In this document: piece after piece, positions 11,074 through 19,949 of the stretch
How positions within the stretch are numbered: position 1 is the stretch's first letter
Layout of the letters: each line of letters begins with the position of its first letter
Origin: an uncultured Phocaeicola sp.
GTDB lineage: Bacteria > Bacteroidota > Bacteroidia > Bacteroidales > Bacteroidaceae
DNA: 64,000 nt
Direction: 5' to 3'
Assembly: GCA_964611375.1 (NCBI GenBank)
Contig: CAZSYY010000006.1
Span: forward strand, 12-64,011
Notes under the pieces: generated by a model
The model's database searches: none
The model's input: only the letters and a program-made list of their open reading frames with translations
What the model was told of the DNA's origin: nothing
Made by a program: the position numbers and the translations under genes

Positions 11074-12105
11074 ATGGATAACAATTTTTTTCTGCCATCA
11101 GAATGGCATCCGCAAAGTTACATACAGCTTACATGGCCACATGCAGGAACCGACTGGGCATACATGCTCGACGAGGTGGAAAAGTGTTTTGTGGATATCG
11201 CACGGGAAATCGCATCGAGACAGTCGCTTCTGCTTGTTGCCCCAGAATTTCCCACAGCACTCGATGACTTTCCTTTCCGAAACCGCATACATTTTGTCCA
11301 GTGTCCGACAAACGACACCTGGGCTCGCGACCATGCTTTCATAACCCTTGTCGGACGGGATTCCTCCCCGCTGTTGCTTGATTTCTGCTTCAATGGATGG
11401 GGAATGAAATTTGCGGCTAACAAGGACAATCTCATCAATTCCCGTCTTGCGGAAGAGGGAGTGCTGAACGGGAGGTACTGCAACTGTCGTGACTTTGTGC
11501 TCGAAGGAGGCTCGATAGAGAGCAACGGTGAGGGTACGTTGCTGACCACATCGACCTGTCTGCTCGCACCCAACCGGAATGATACAATGTCGCGCTCGGA
11601 TATCGAACAATATCTTATGAAACGTTTCAATCTACGGAAGGTGTTATGGCTTGACTACGGCTATCTAGCTGGAGACGATACTGACAGTCACATCGATACG
11701 CTGGCACGCTTTTGTCCGAACAATACTATCGTTTACGTAAAATGTACTGACAAAAAAGATGAACATTACGAGGCTTTGCAGTCAATGGAAAACCAGCTAA
11801 GGACATTCAGTACGATTGATGGATCTCCGTACCGGCTGTTGCCTCTGCCCATGCCGGAGGCTATCCGTGACGAATATGGACAACGGCTTCCTGCCACTTA
11901 CGCCAACTTCCTGATTATGAATACAGCCATACTCTATCCCACTTATGCTCAGCCGGAAAACGATTCGCTTGCAGCCGAAGTGCTTGCAAACGCTTTCCCC
12001 GGACGCGATATAGTAGGAATAGACTGTCGTGCTCTGATACGTCAGCACGGTTCGCTGCATTGCGTCACCATGCAATATCCCGATTCTGTCGGCGACCGCA
12101 TATGA
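11074..12105 (+). CDS. aguA: Agmatine deiminase family protein
   Basis: LPSEW, DTWARD, FNGWG, LEGGSIE, DDTDSHID, ATYANF, GSLHCVTMQ. Confidence 0.92.
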   Translation: MDNNFFLPSEWHPQSYIQLTWPHAGTDWAYMLDEVEKCFVDIAREIASRQSLLLVAPEFPTALDDFPFRNRIHFVQCPTNDTWARDHAFITLVGRDSSPLLLDFCFNGWGMKFAANKDNLINSRLAEEGVLNGRYCNCRDFVLEGGSIESNGEGTLLTTSTCLLAPNRNDTMSRSDIEQYLMKRFNLRKVLWLDYGYLAGDDTDSHIDTLARFCPNNTIVYVKCTDKKDEHYEALQSMENQLRTFSTIDGSPYRLLPLPMPEAIRDEYGQRLPATYANFLIMNTAILYPTYAQPENDSLAAEVLANAFPGRDIVGIDCRALIRQHGSLHCVTMQYPDSVGDRI

Positions 12106-12138
12106 TTTTATTTAGAAACAAATATTTATCAATCACTT

Positions 12139-13026
12139 ATGAAGAAAACCATTCGTGTTGGCATTGTCCAGCAATCGTGTACTGATGAGACCGGAATGAA
12201 CATGGAAAAGTTGCGCCGCAACATTGGGTCTGTGGCTGAGAAAGGTGCACAGCTTGTCGTTTTGCAGGAACTTCACAACACTCTGTATTTCTGCCAGACG
12301 GAAAACACCTCCATGTTTGACTTTGCTGAACCTGTTCCGGGTGCATCTACCGAGTTTTACAGCAAAATAGCAGCAGATTATCACATAGTGCTGGTCACTT
12401 CGCTTTTCGAACGGCGAAGTCCGGGACTATATCACAACACTGCCGTAGTGTTCGATACAGATGGAAACATCGCCGGAAAATACCGCAAGATGCATATCCC
12501 CGATGATCCGGCCTATTATGAAAAATTCTATTTCACACCGGGGGATCTCGGTTTTGAGCCTATTCAGACTTCTCTCGGAAAACTCGGTGTGCAGGTATGC
12601 TGGGATCAATGGTACCCGGAAGGGGCGAGACTGATGGCGTTGAAAGGAGCCGAACTGCTGATTTATCCTACTGCCATAGGATGGGAAAGCACTGACACTG
12701 AGGATGAAAAGAAACGTCAGTTAGATGCATGGATGACCGTGCAGCGGGGACACGCCATAGCCAACGGACTTCCTGTTATAGCCGTAAACCGTGTGGGGCA
12801 TGAGTCCGATCCGTCTGGCATTACAAACGGTATTCAGTTTTGGGGAAACAGTTTCGTTGCCGGCCCGCAAGGTGAAATCATAGCACAGGCAGACGGCTTC
12901 AAGGAAGAAAATATGGTAGTTGAGATAGACATGGACCGCAGCGAGAACGTACGTCGCTGGTGGCCGTTCCTTCGCGACCGTCGCGTGGAAGAGTTCGGCC
13001 AGCTCACCAAGCGTTTTATAGACTGA
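12139..13026 (+). CDS. aguB: N-carbamoylputrescine amidase (carbon-nitrogen hydrolase)
   Basis: Catalytic E-K-C motifs LQELH, YRKMHIPDDPAYYEKFYF, VCWDQWYPE; adjacent to aguA. Confidence 0.92.
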   Translation: MKKTIRVGIVQQSCTDETGMNMEKLRRNIGSVAEKGAQLVVLQELHNTLYFCQTENTSMFDFAEPVPGASTEFYSKIAADYHIVLVTSLFERRSPGLYHNTAVVFDTDGNIAGKYRKMHIPDDPAYYEKFYFTPGDLGFEPIQTSLGKLGVQVCWDQWYPEGARLMALKGAELLIYPTAIGWESTDTEDEKKRQLDAWMTVQRGHAIANGLPVIAVNRVGHESDPSGITNGIQFWGNSFVAGPQGEIIAQADGFKEENMVVEIDMDRSENVRRWWPFLRDRRVEEFGQLTKRFID

Positions 13027-13086
13027 AAGGCAATACACTTAAAATCATAATAAATGTTACAATACAGACAAAAACCATGTCATTTG

Positions 13087-13117
13087 TTTGCAGAATAAAG
13101 AAAAGTCTGTACATTTG
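13087..13117 (+). promoter_or_regulatory. Sigma-A promoter (-33 TTTG / -7 TACATTTG) for a small RNA
   Basis: TTTG 13087-13090, 19-nt spacer, TACATTTG 13110-13117; full match to the Bacteroides consensus. Confidence 0.8.
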
Positions 13118-13121
13118 CACT

Positions 13122-13186
13122 GTGTTTTTCATAGTATTAGATTTTAAGGTTAACAAAGGTTGGAGTACGGCGGTACTCCTTTTTTT
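13122..13186 (+). ncRNA. Small regulatory RNA, GibS-like candidate
   Basis: Own consensus promoter and own terminator; no sense ORF; 5' part GTGTTTTTCATAGTATTAGATTTTAAGGTTAACAAAGG resembles a conserved Bacteroidales sRNA. The GibS identity is from memory and unverified. Confidence 0.7.
13162..13186 (+). terminator. Rho-independent terminator of the sRNA (may also end aguAB)
   Basis: GGAGTAC-GGCG-GTACTCC followed by T7. Confidence 0.85.
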
Positions 13187-13226
13187 ATGTCCATATACTT
13201 TCCATCGGTCAAGTATTATGCCGATG

Positions 13227-13883
13227 TCAGCGGATCAGTTCCATCATCTTGTCATAGGTGAAGTCTGAGAAATCAGGGATCACCATCCTGCACTTGTCGG
13301 CAATAGCCTCTCTCGGATTGGTTGTACACAAGCCTACAACCGCCATTCCGGCAGCGTTTCCGGCTGCAATGCCGTGAAATGAATCTTCGAATACCACACA
13401 ATTTTCAGGAATCGTGGCAAATGTCCGGGCACCGAGCAGGAAACAGTCGGGAGCGGGTTTGGAGTGTGTGAACATTTCCGCCGTCAGAATCCTGTCGGCC
13501 AATTCTTTCAGCTCAGGATGAACCGAATACACGCTTTCCATTTTCTTTTCGTTTGAGCTGGTCACGATAGCTGTCTTCACACCGTGAATCCGCAGATCGC
13601 ACATGAAATCCGTCACGCCCGTCACGTATCTGTAATCCATGTGAGCCTCGAAGTCATTGAGCCTTTCGGTGATCTCTGCCTGTTCCTTCTCCATCCCGTC
13701 AAAATATTTGCCGTAAATCTGTTGAAGTGTCTGCCCCTTGATTATCTTTCCAAATTCTTTATACTCAGGATGATATTTCTCACCCACTCCATTCCAGAAG
13801 ATGCTGTACTGGGATTCCGTATCCATAACCACCCCATCGAAATCAAAAAGGGCAGCCACATTTTTGGTAAAGTCCATTTTCAT
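13227..13883 (-). CDS. HAD-family phosphatase (beta-PGM-like)
   Basis: FDFDGVVMDTE, VTSS, KPAPD, VFEDSFHG. Confidence 0.9.
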   Translation of the reverse strand: MKMDFTKNVAALFDFDGVVMDTESQYSIFWNGVGEKYHPEYKEFGKIIKGQTLQQIYGKYFDGMEKEQAEITERLNDFEAHMDYRYVTGVTDFMCDLRIHGVKTAIVTSSNEKKMESVYSVHPELKELADRILTAEMFTHSKPAPDCFLLGARTFATIPENCVVFEDSFHGIAAGNAAGMAVVGLCTTNPREAIADKCRMVIPDFSDFTYDKMMELIR

Positions 13884-13998
13884 TAAATTTTGATTCAAAT
13901 TGTTAGATGGCGCAAAGTTTGCAAATATCCTCTCATATTCCTAACTTTAATAGTGATTTTAACGAAAAAGAATCGTATGAAGACAGTCTTTTCCCAGA

Positions 13999-15252
13999 TC
14001 AGCTGAACAGCAGTGCAATGTTCATCGCGGATACCACAATGGCAATGGAATACAGCACGAATGTACTCCAACGGGAATTTGCATATTTTCCCATCACGCG
14101 TTTGGAAGAAGTGAGGCTCACCTGAAGGAAAACAGTAAATGGTAGCTGTACACTCAATATCATTTGTGAAATTATAAGTCCCTGAAACGGGTCATTGATG
14201 AAGAATATCACCAACAAAGCCAATCCCAATGACAGTATCACACCGACCTTTGAATGTATATCTTTGATGTGGTACGATTCTCCGAACATACCGGCAAAAA
14301 TGGATCCTGCCGCCATACCGCTGGTAACGGTGGACGAGAGACCGGCCATAAGAAGCGCCAAAGCAAAAATAGTACCGGCCTGGCTTCCCAATAGTGGGTC
14401 AAGGAGCGACTTTGCCTCCTGCAGTTCCTCCACTTGTACGCCATTGGCAAAAAACGTAGCGGCTGCAAGCAGTATCATCGCACTGTTGATGGCCCACCCT
14501 ATGCTCATGGAAAAAAGTGTGTCATAAAATTCATATTTGAGCAGACGGCGAATAGAACTGTCGTCTCGCTTATTGTATTCGCGGCTCTGTACCACTTCAG
14601 AATGAAGGAACAGGTTATGAGGCATCACCACAGCCCCCAGCACGCTCATGATAATAAGCAGACTGCCTTCGGGTATGCTCGGCTTGACCCATGAGCAGAC
14701 AGCCAAAGGCCAGTCGATGTCAACCAGAAACAGCTCATACAGAAAGGAAAGCCCTATTACGGAAACGAACCCGATTATGGAACGTTCTATTCGCTTGTAG
14801 GAATTGGTGAACAGCAGAATCGTCACCAGGACAGCAGTGAACAACGCTCCCCATATTATAGGCATGTCTACAAGCATCTGTAGTGCAATGGCACCTCCCA
14901 ATATCTCAGCCAGCGAAGTTGAGACAGAAGCCAACACCGCACTTCCGAGAATGGGACGTGACACCCATTTGGGCGTGTATTGCGTAGCTGCCTCACTCAG
15001 GCACAATCCCGTCACAATACCAAGATGTGCGACATTATGTTGCAATATGATCAGCATGACGGTGGACAAGGTAACCACCCACAGCAGTGTATATCCAAAA
15101 TCTGACCCGGCCGCAAAATTGGAAGCCCAGTTTCCCGGATCGATAAAACCCACCGTTACAAGAAGACCAGGACCAATATACTTGAAAATGTCAAGACCAC
15201 CAAGATAACGCTTGTGATCCTTACGTTTCAGCTCCTTTATTATATTCCACAT
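13999..15252 (-). CDS. mntH: Nramp-family divalent metal (Mn2+/Fe2+) transporter
   Basis: GFIDPGNW and VMPHNLFLHS signature motifs; multiple TM segments. Confidence 0.93.
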   Translation of the reverse strand: MWNIIKELKRKDHKRYLGGLDIFKYIGPGLLVTVGFIDPGNWASNFAAGSDFGYTLLWVVTLSTVMLIILQHNVAHLGIVTGLCLSEAATQYTPKWVSRPILGSAVLASVSTSLAEILGGAIALQMLVDMPIIWGALFTAVLVTILLFTNSYKRIERSIIGFVSVIGLSFLYELFLVDIDWPLAVCSWVKPSIPEGSLLIIMSVLGAVVMPHNLFLHSEVVQSREYNKRDDSSIRRLLKYEFYDTLFSMSIGWAINSAMILLAAATFFANGVQVEELQEAKSLLDPLLGSQAGTIFALALLMAGLSSTVTSGMAAGSIFAGMFGESYHIKDIHSKVGVILSLGLALLVIFFINDPFQGLIISQMILSVQLPFTVFLQVSLTSSKRVMGKYANSRWSTFVLYSIAIVVSAMNIALLFS

Positions 15253-15329
15253 GACAAATTGTTCATATCGTTAAAACGTCATGAAAATACAGAAAGTCCA
15301 CAAAAACAAAAAAGTCAGTCAGATTAATT

Positions 15330-16568
15330 TTAGTCGGAGGTCTGGAGGCTTCCCCACCCCGCCGCCTGGTACCATGCAACCGAAGTGCTGTAATATTCAT
15401 CCCACGATGTATTGATTCCCTGATCCGGATAATACATTCCTATGCCGCAGAAACGGGATTCATCCACCACCACATTACCATAGGCATATTCCGAACCGGA
15501 AAGGCAGTACTTGGCAACTACAGCTTTATTAAGAGCTGACTGAATCGTCTCAGGCACTATTCCATCGTTCAGAACACGGAAAAAATCTCCTACATCAAAA
15601 GAAAAATACTTGTAACTGTTACCGCTATAGCCATACTGCTGTACATCATGATAGTCAAAGCTGGAAAAGTCAGCTTCCGAAATGGTTTCCTTCACTGCAT
15701 CCGCCAACTGTTCCATTTGCGAACAGTCCATCAGTGCACATGTCCCCCACCAATCATTTTCCTTATTATAAGAGATAAAGTCACTGCATACTTGGGAAAA
15801 GCCGGACGTGTCACCATAAAGCGTTGGAAGTATCCTGTCGTATGGAAATCCATATACCGGAGTTTCCATGACTGAGCCTATCAGATAATCCGTCACGTTG
15901 CGAAGTTCATAACCCACTTCTGCCGTCCCCATCATGCAGGCATCAAAAAGTATGAAATCAAGTTTGTCAGAGAAACTGGATTGAAGTACATCGGCCAAAT
16001 CCGGTATATCGATGTTATAGCCGTTGTCAACCCCGAATGCCATTGTCTGCACGGAATTGCCTTCCATCCAACTGGAGGCATGTGATCCGAATATCAGGCC
16101 GTAGCTTTTGGAAGGAGCGACCTCCTGCATATCCTGAAACACTTTCAGCATTACGGAAGGGTCAACAGCTACATACGAGCCGTTGTCCGTATAGACTTTC
16201 TTTTCTGCCACTTCCAACACATCGTCAATGGTTATACTGCCACTCAAGGCAGGTACGCCGTTGATATTCCCTTCACCGTCAGTGATAAACTTCATCAGTG
16301 TAGGGCCTTCAAATGTAGAGTCGCTTTCTCTGGGACGATAATAAATCAGCAATGTACACGCATCAGTCATTGAAGACAGGCCTTCATACATCCATATAAC
16401 ATTATTTTTCAGATAAGTGCTCAGATTATTGTTTGCTACCAGATAAGCCAATACCGTGCGTCCCTCACGCTCTGATATTTTTTCTTCCGGTATCTCGTTG
16501 GAGCATGAGGCCAGAAAAAGTGTAGCTACACTTGCACAGAAAAAGAAGAATCTTTGCCGCATTTTCAT
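15330..16568 (-). CDS. Clostripain-family (C11) cysteine peptidase lipoprotein
   Basis: Lipobox LASC; RTVLAYLVANNNL, YGLIFGSHASSW (catalytic His), FILFDACMM (catalytic Cys), EVGYELR; start uncertain (16574, 16568 or 16562). Confidence 0.88.
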   Translation of the reverse strand: MKMRQRFFFFCASVATLFLASCSNEIPEEKISEREGRTVLAYLVANNNLSTYLKNNVIWMYEGLSSMTDACTLLIYYRPRESDSTFEGPTLMKFITDGEGNINGVPALSGSITIDDVLEVAEKKVYTDNGSYVAVDPSVMLKVFQDMQEVAPSKSYGLIFGSHASSWMEGNSVQTMAFGVDNGYNIDIPDLADVLQSSFSDKLDFILFDACMMGTAEVGYELRNVTDYLIGSVMETPVYGFPYDRILPTLYGDTSGFSQVCSDFISYNKENDWWGTCALMDCSQMEQLADAVKETISEADFSSFDYHDVQQYGYSGNSYKYFSFDVGDFFRVLNDGIVPETIQSALNKAVVAKYCLSGSEYAYGNVVVDESRFCGIGMYYPDQGINTSWDEYYSTSVAWYQAAGWGSLQTSD

Positions 16569-16972
16569 CACCATTCAGGTTTTTCAAAAACAAAATCAGG
16601 ATTTACGTCCAAGATAACCAATGAATTACCTTTATTGTATTTTTCCTTTATTTTGTCTATTTCCTTCTGGAGGTTTTTCTTTTTTGTATTAAAGAATACA
16701 AAACATGTGCGGTTCTTTTGTCCCTCCTTATGTTCAAGATAATCTTTCAACTGAAAACTGTAAGCCGAACGCCCTACCAACATACCGTTAGGGTCAATCA
16801 TAGCACTGTCAAGATACTGGATATCTGTAAAATAAACCAATGAGTCGGTAAAAGAAGCAGATCCACCTACCAAATATACACCGTACTGAATCTTATTTTT
16901 TGGTTTTTTACCCAATACAGATACAGTCAATAGAGTCATGAACAAGAAGCAAAGAATTTTTACACCACGCAT
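16568..16972 (-). CDS. Conserved Bacteroidales exported hypothetical protein
   Basis: Signal peptide; SFTDSLVYFTDIQ; stop overlaps the clostripain start; TATATTTG -7 element upstream. Confidence 0.75.
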   Translation of the reverse strand: MRGVKILCFLFMTLLTVSVLGKKPKNKIQYGVYLVGGSASFTDSLVYFTDIQYLDSAMIDPNGMLVGRSAYSFQLKDYLEHKEGQKNRTCFVFFNTKKKNLQKEIDKIKEKYNKGNSLVILDVNPDFVFEKPEW

Positions 16973-17045
16973 AACATTTTCTCTTTTTGTTGCCGCAAAT
17001 ATAAGCATTTACAGACAAATACTGAAGGATAACATAAAAATTAAC

Positions 17046-17077
17046 AAGGAAGAGACAGATTTCTCCATCCCTTCCTT
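17046..17077 (-). terminator. Terminator hairpin after rpoD
   Basis: Minus-strand 14-bp stem AAGGAAGGGAUGGA/UCUGUCUCUUCCUU (with G-U pairs) and GAAA loop. Confidence 0.7.
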
Positions 17078-17100
17078 TATTCCCGACAAATTGATATTGC

Positions 17101-17961
17101 TTATCCCAAATATGACTTGAGCAACTTGCTTCGCGAATTTTGTCTTAATCGTCTGATTGCCTTTTCCTTAATCTGACGCACACGCTCACGCGTAAGTCCG
17201 AATTTGTCACCGATTTCTTCCAGCGTCATTTCCTGCGTATTGATGCCGAAAAACATCTGGATAATCTCCTTCTCCCTTTCGGTCAGCGTGGAAAGTGCCC
17301 TGTCGATTTCCTTGGAAAGTGATTCGTTCACAAGGGAACGGTCGGCCATAGGTGAATCATCGTTCACCAGTACATCCAGCAGACTGTTGTCTTCCCCTTC
17401 CACAAAGGGAGCGTCAACAGAGACATGACGACCCGAAACTTTCAGTGTATCCGAAATCTTGTCAACCGGTATTTCCAGTTCGTCGGCCAGCTCTTCAGGT
17501 GACGGACGTCTTTCATTTTCCTGCTCAAATTTGGAGAAAGCCTTGCTGATCTTATTCAGTGAACCCACCTGATTCAACGGCAGACGTACAATTCGCGACT
17601 GTTCTGCCAAAGCTTGTAAAATGGACTGACGAATCCACCATACAGCATAACTGATAAACTTGAATCCACGAGTCTCATCAAACTTTTCAGCCGCCTTAAT
17701 CAGACCCAGATTACCTTCATTGATTAAGTCCGGCAAACTAAGTCCCTGATTCTGATACTGCTTTGCTACTGATACTACAAAACGCAGATTTGCACGCGTA
17801 AGTTTTTCCAAAGCTGCACGATCGCCTTTGCGGATACGTTGGGCAAGTTCCACTTCTTCTTCTACTGTAATAAGGTCTTCACGCCCTATTTCCTGCAGGT
17901 ATTTGTCTAAAGAAGCACTCTCCCTGTTAGTGATACTTTTAGTAATCTTTAACTGTCTCAT
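17101..17961 (-). CDS. rpoD: Primary RNA polymerase sigma factor (Bacteroidetes type, no region 1.1)
   Basis: [15 protein letters not shown]; [39 protein letters not shown]. Confidence 0.96.
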   Translation of the reverse strand: MRQLKITKSITNRESASLDKYLQEIGREDLITVEEEVELAQRIRKGDRAALEKLTRANLRFVVSVAKQYQNQGLSLPDLINEGNLGLIKAAEKFDETRGFKFISYAVWWIRQSILQALAEQSRIVRLPLNQVGSLNKISKAFSKFEQENERRPSPEELADELEIPVDKISDTLKVSGRHVSVDAPFVEGEDNSLLDVLVNDDSPMADRSLVNESLSKEIDRALSTLTEREKEIIQMFFGINTQEMTLEEIGDKFGLTRERVRQIKEKAIRRLRQNSRSKLLKSYLG

Positions 17962-17983
17962 TCTACATAAAACGATTTGGTCA

Positions 17984-17991
17984 CAAAGGTA
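17984..17991 (-). promoter_or_regulatory. -7 element of the rpoD promoter
   Basis: TACCTTTG 22 nt upstream of the ATG. Confidence 0.65.
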
Positions 17992-18066
17992 CAATTTTTT
18001 TATCAGAGTTCTGATATTTTTACGCAAGTTTTTTATATGCGGCACACAAATATGGTAAATATGCAA

Positions 18067-18109
18067 AGTGTGTCCGGCAACAGATTATTCATCCATAGCC
18101 GGACACACT
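18067..18109 (-). terminator. Hairpin downstream of degP
   Basis: 12-bp inverted repeat AGTGTGTCCGGC/GCCGGACACACT. Confidence 0.65.
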
Positions 18110-18174
18110 CCCTAAAATTAGGTTCTTCCGAACCTTCGTCAATCTTTCCCTTAAAACTTACCCATCGATCTTAT

Positions 18175-19674
18175 TTATTCTTTGTCTGACAAATCTACTG
18201 CGTAGTAAGCTGTCTTGCCTGAAGGATACATACCGCTCAGAAACAGCACCGGTTCGGGCGACTGAGATGCAGATTTCACTGCTTCTTCCAAATCGCTCAC
18301 AGTACGCAACTGCTTGTTGTTGGCTTTCAAGATGATGAATCCTTTGCGGATATCACTCTCCTTCATACGTCCGTTTGTTACACCGGTCACCTCCAGACCG
18401 TAACCGAGATTCAGCTCGCGCTTCAGTTCATCCGGGACTGCACGGAACGCTGCACCCAAGATTTCCATGTCGGCTTTCTTTATCACTTTCGTAGTGCCCT
18501 GAGCGTTTTTAAGTGTCAAAGAAAACTCCTTCTCGTTCTTTTCTCTGAATACTTTCACTTTTACTTTATCGCCGGGACGTTTTTGGGCAAGTATGCCCTG
18601 CAATGCAGCCATAGACTCAATCTTCTCACCGTCAATGCCTATGATTACATCATTCTTCTTCAGGACTCCTGCTGCAGAACCCTCCTCTGTAACCTCAACA
18701 ACCTGTACGCCGTAGCCGATACCAAGCTCTTTCTGCTCTTTGCGAATGTTTTCCGGATAGTTTTCCTTGCCCATGTCACGCCCGCTGATGCCAAGTAATG
18801 CCCGCTGTACGGTTCCATATTGCTTAAGGTCGGTCACAACCTTTGTCATGATACTTGTCGGAATGGCAAAACCATAACCGGAATATGCACCTGTGGGAGA
18901 ATACAGCATAGCATTGATTCCTACCAGTTCTCCGCGTACGTTCACCAGTGCACCTCCACTGTTACCCTGATTGATGGCCGCATCAGTCTGTATGAATGAC
19001 TCAACCTGATTCGCGCCCAGTCCGCGCGCTTTCGCACTAACCACACCAGCTGTGACAGTAGAACCCAAATTAAACGGATTGCCGACTGCCAGCACCCACT
19101 CTCCCACTTTCAGATCATCGGAATTGCCGACCGGCATGGCAGGAAAATCATCACCCTCGATTTTCACCAGAGCCAAGTCAGTAGTCGGGTCTGTACCTAT
19201 GACACGGCCTTTCAGTTCACGGCCGTCATGCAGTTTTACGTTGATTTCATCAGCTCCATCTATCACGTGGTTGTTTGTTACGATGTAACCGTCCTTCGAT
19301 ATTATCACACCCGAACCGAAACCGCGTTGCTCAGGTGTCTGTACCTGTTGCTGGCGTCCCCGGCCGTCACCGAAGAAGAAGTCGAAAAAGTCGGGCTGCG
19401 TCTCTATCACTTGGGTCTTGCTCCGCTGGACGGCCATGATGTGAACAACTGAATTGAGAGAACTCTCGGCCGCCTTGGTCAAATCGACAGGCTGCATATT
19501 GGAGGTATCCAAAGCTGCCGTCCGCAACGGAAAGGCTGCATTGAAAGCTTCATAGAAAGAACTGCTTTCCGCATTGTTTTTCTTCATCACCGCATAGGCC
19601 GTCACCCCGGCCACCCCTGCACTGACAGCTACGACTGCCGCAGCACCTATTACGAATTTAGTTACAGTTTTCAT
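18175..19674 (-). CDS. degP: HtrA/DegP periplasmic serine protease with PDZ domains
   Basis: GSGVII, TNNHV, DLAL, IQTDAAINQGNSGG; two PDZ-like domains. Confidence 0.94.
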   Translation of the reverse strand: MKTVTKFVIGAAAVVAVSAGVAGVTAYAVMKKNNAESSSFYEAFNAAFPLRTAALDTSNMQPVDLTKAAESSLNSVVHIMAVQRSKTQVIETQPDFFDFFFGDGRGRQQQVQTPEQRGFGSGVIISKDGYIVTNNHVIDGADEINVKLHDGRELKGRVIGTDPTTDLALVKIEGDDFPAMPVGNSDDLKVGEWVLAVGNPFNLGSTVTAGVVSAKARGLGANQVESFIQTDAAINQGNSGGALVNVRGELVGINAMLYSPTGAYSGYGFAIPTSIMTKVVTDLKQYGTVQRALLGISGRDMGKENYPENIRKEQKELGIGYGVQVVEVTEEGSAAGVLKKNDVIIGIDGEKIESMAALQGILAQKRPGDKVKVKVFREKNEKEFSLTLKNAQGTTKVIKKADMEILGAAFRAVPDELKRELNLGYGLEVTGVTNGRMKESDIRKGFIILKANNKQLRTVSDLEEAVKSASQSPEPVLFLSGMYPSGKTAYYAVDLSDKE

Positions 19675-19895
19675 ACGTTTAAAGTCTTTTAATTGTTAAT
19701 TAAGCGCAGTTTTTAACTTTTTATTTGCTAAAGTAGAACAAATTCTATACGATTGTATCGTCAACAGTATCTTTTTTCCGTCTTTTAACAGAGCTTGTAA
19801 AGCGGTTAACCGCAGTTAACGAGGGTTATTGGCAAATTCACATTCATTATCAGTCACTTTTTCAGTAATCTGACAAACCGTCCCAAAATGGCCGT

Positions 19896-19935
19896 AAAAA
19901 AAGAGTTTCACGGAGACAAACACCGGAAACTCTTT
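19896..19935 (-). terminator. Terminator of the DUF4286-ruvC-pulA-ABC operon
   Basis: AAAGAGTTTC/GAAACTCTTT stem with a minus-strand U-tract. Confidence 0.7.
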
Positions 19936-19949
19936 GTTTATAAGCAGAA

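Noticed and set aside
12960-13268. 102-aa plus-strand ORF across the sRNA locus
   Set aside because: Overlaps aguB and the HAD gene and runs through a promoter and a terminator; better explained as non-coding.
15253-15329. Mn-sensing riboswitch or MntR operator upstream of mntH
   Set aside because: Only 77 bp, with no convincing structure or palindrome.
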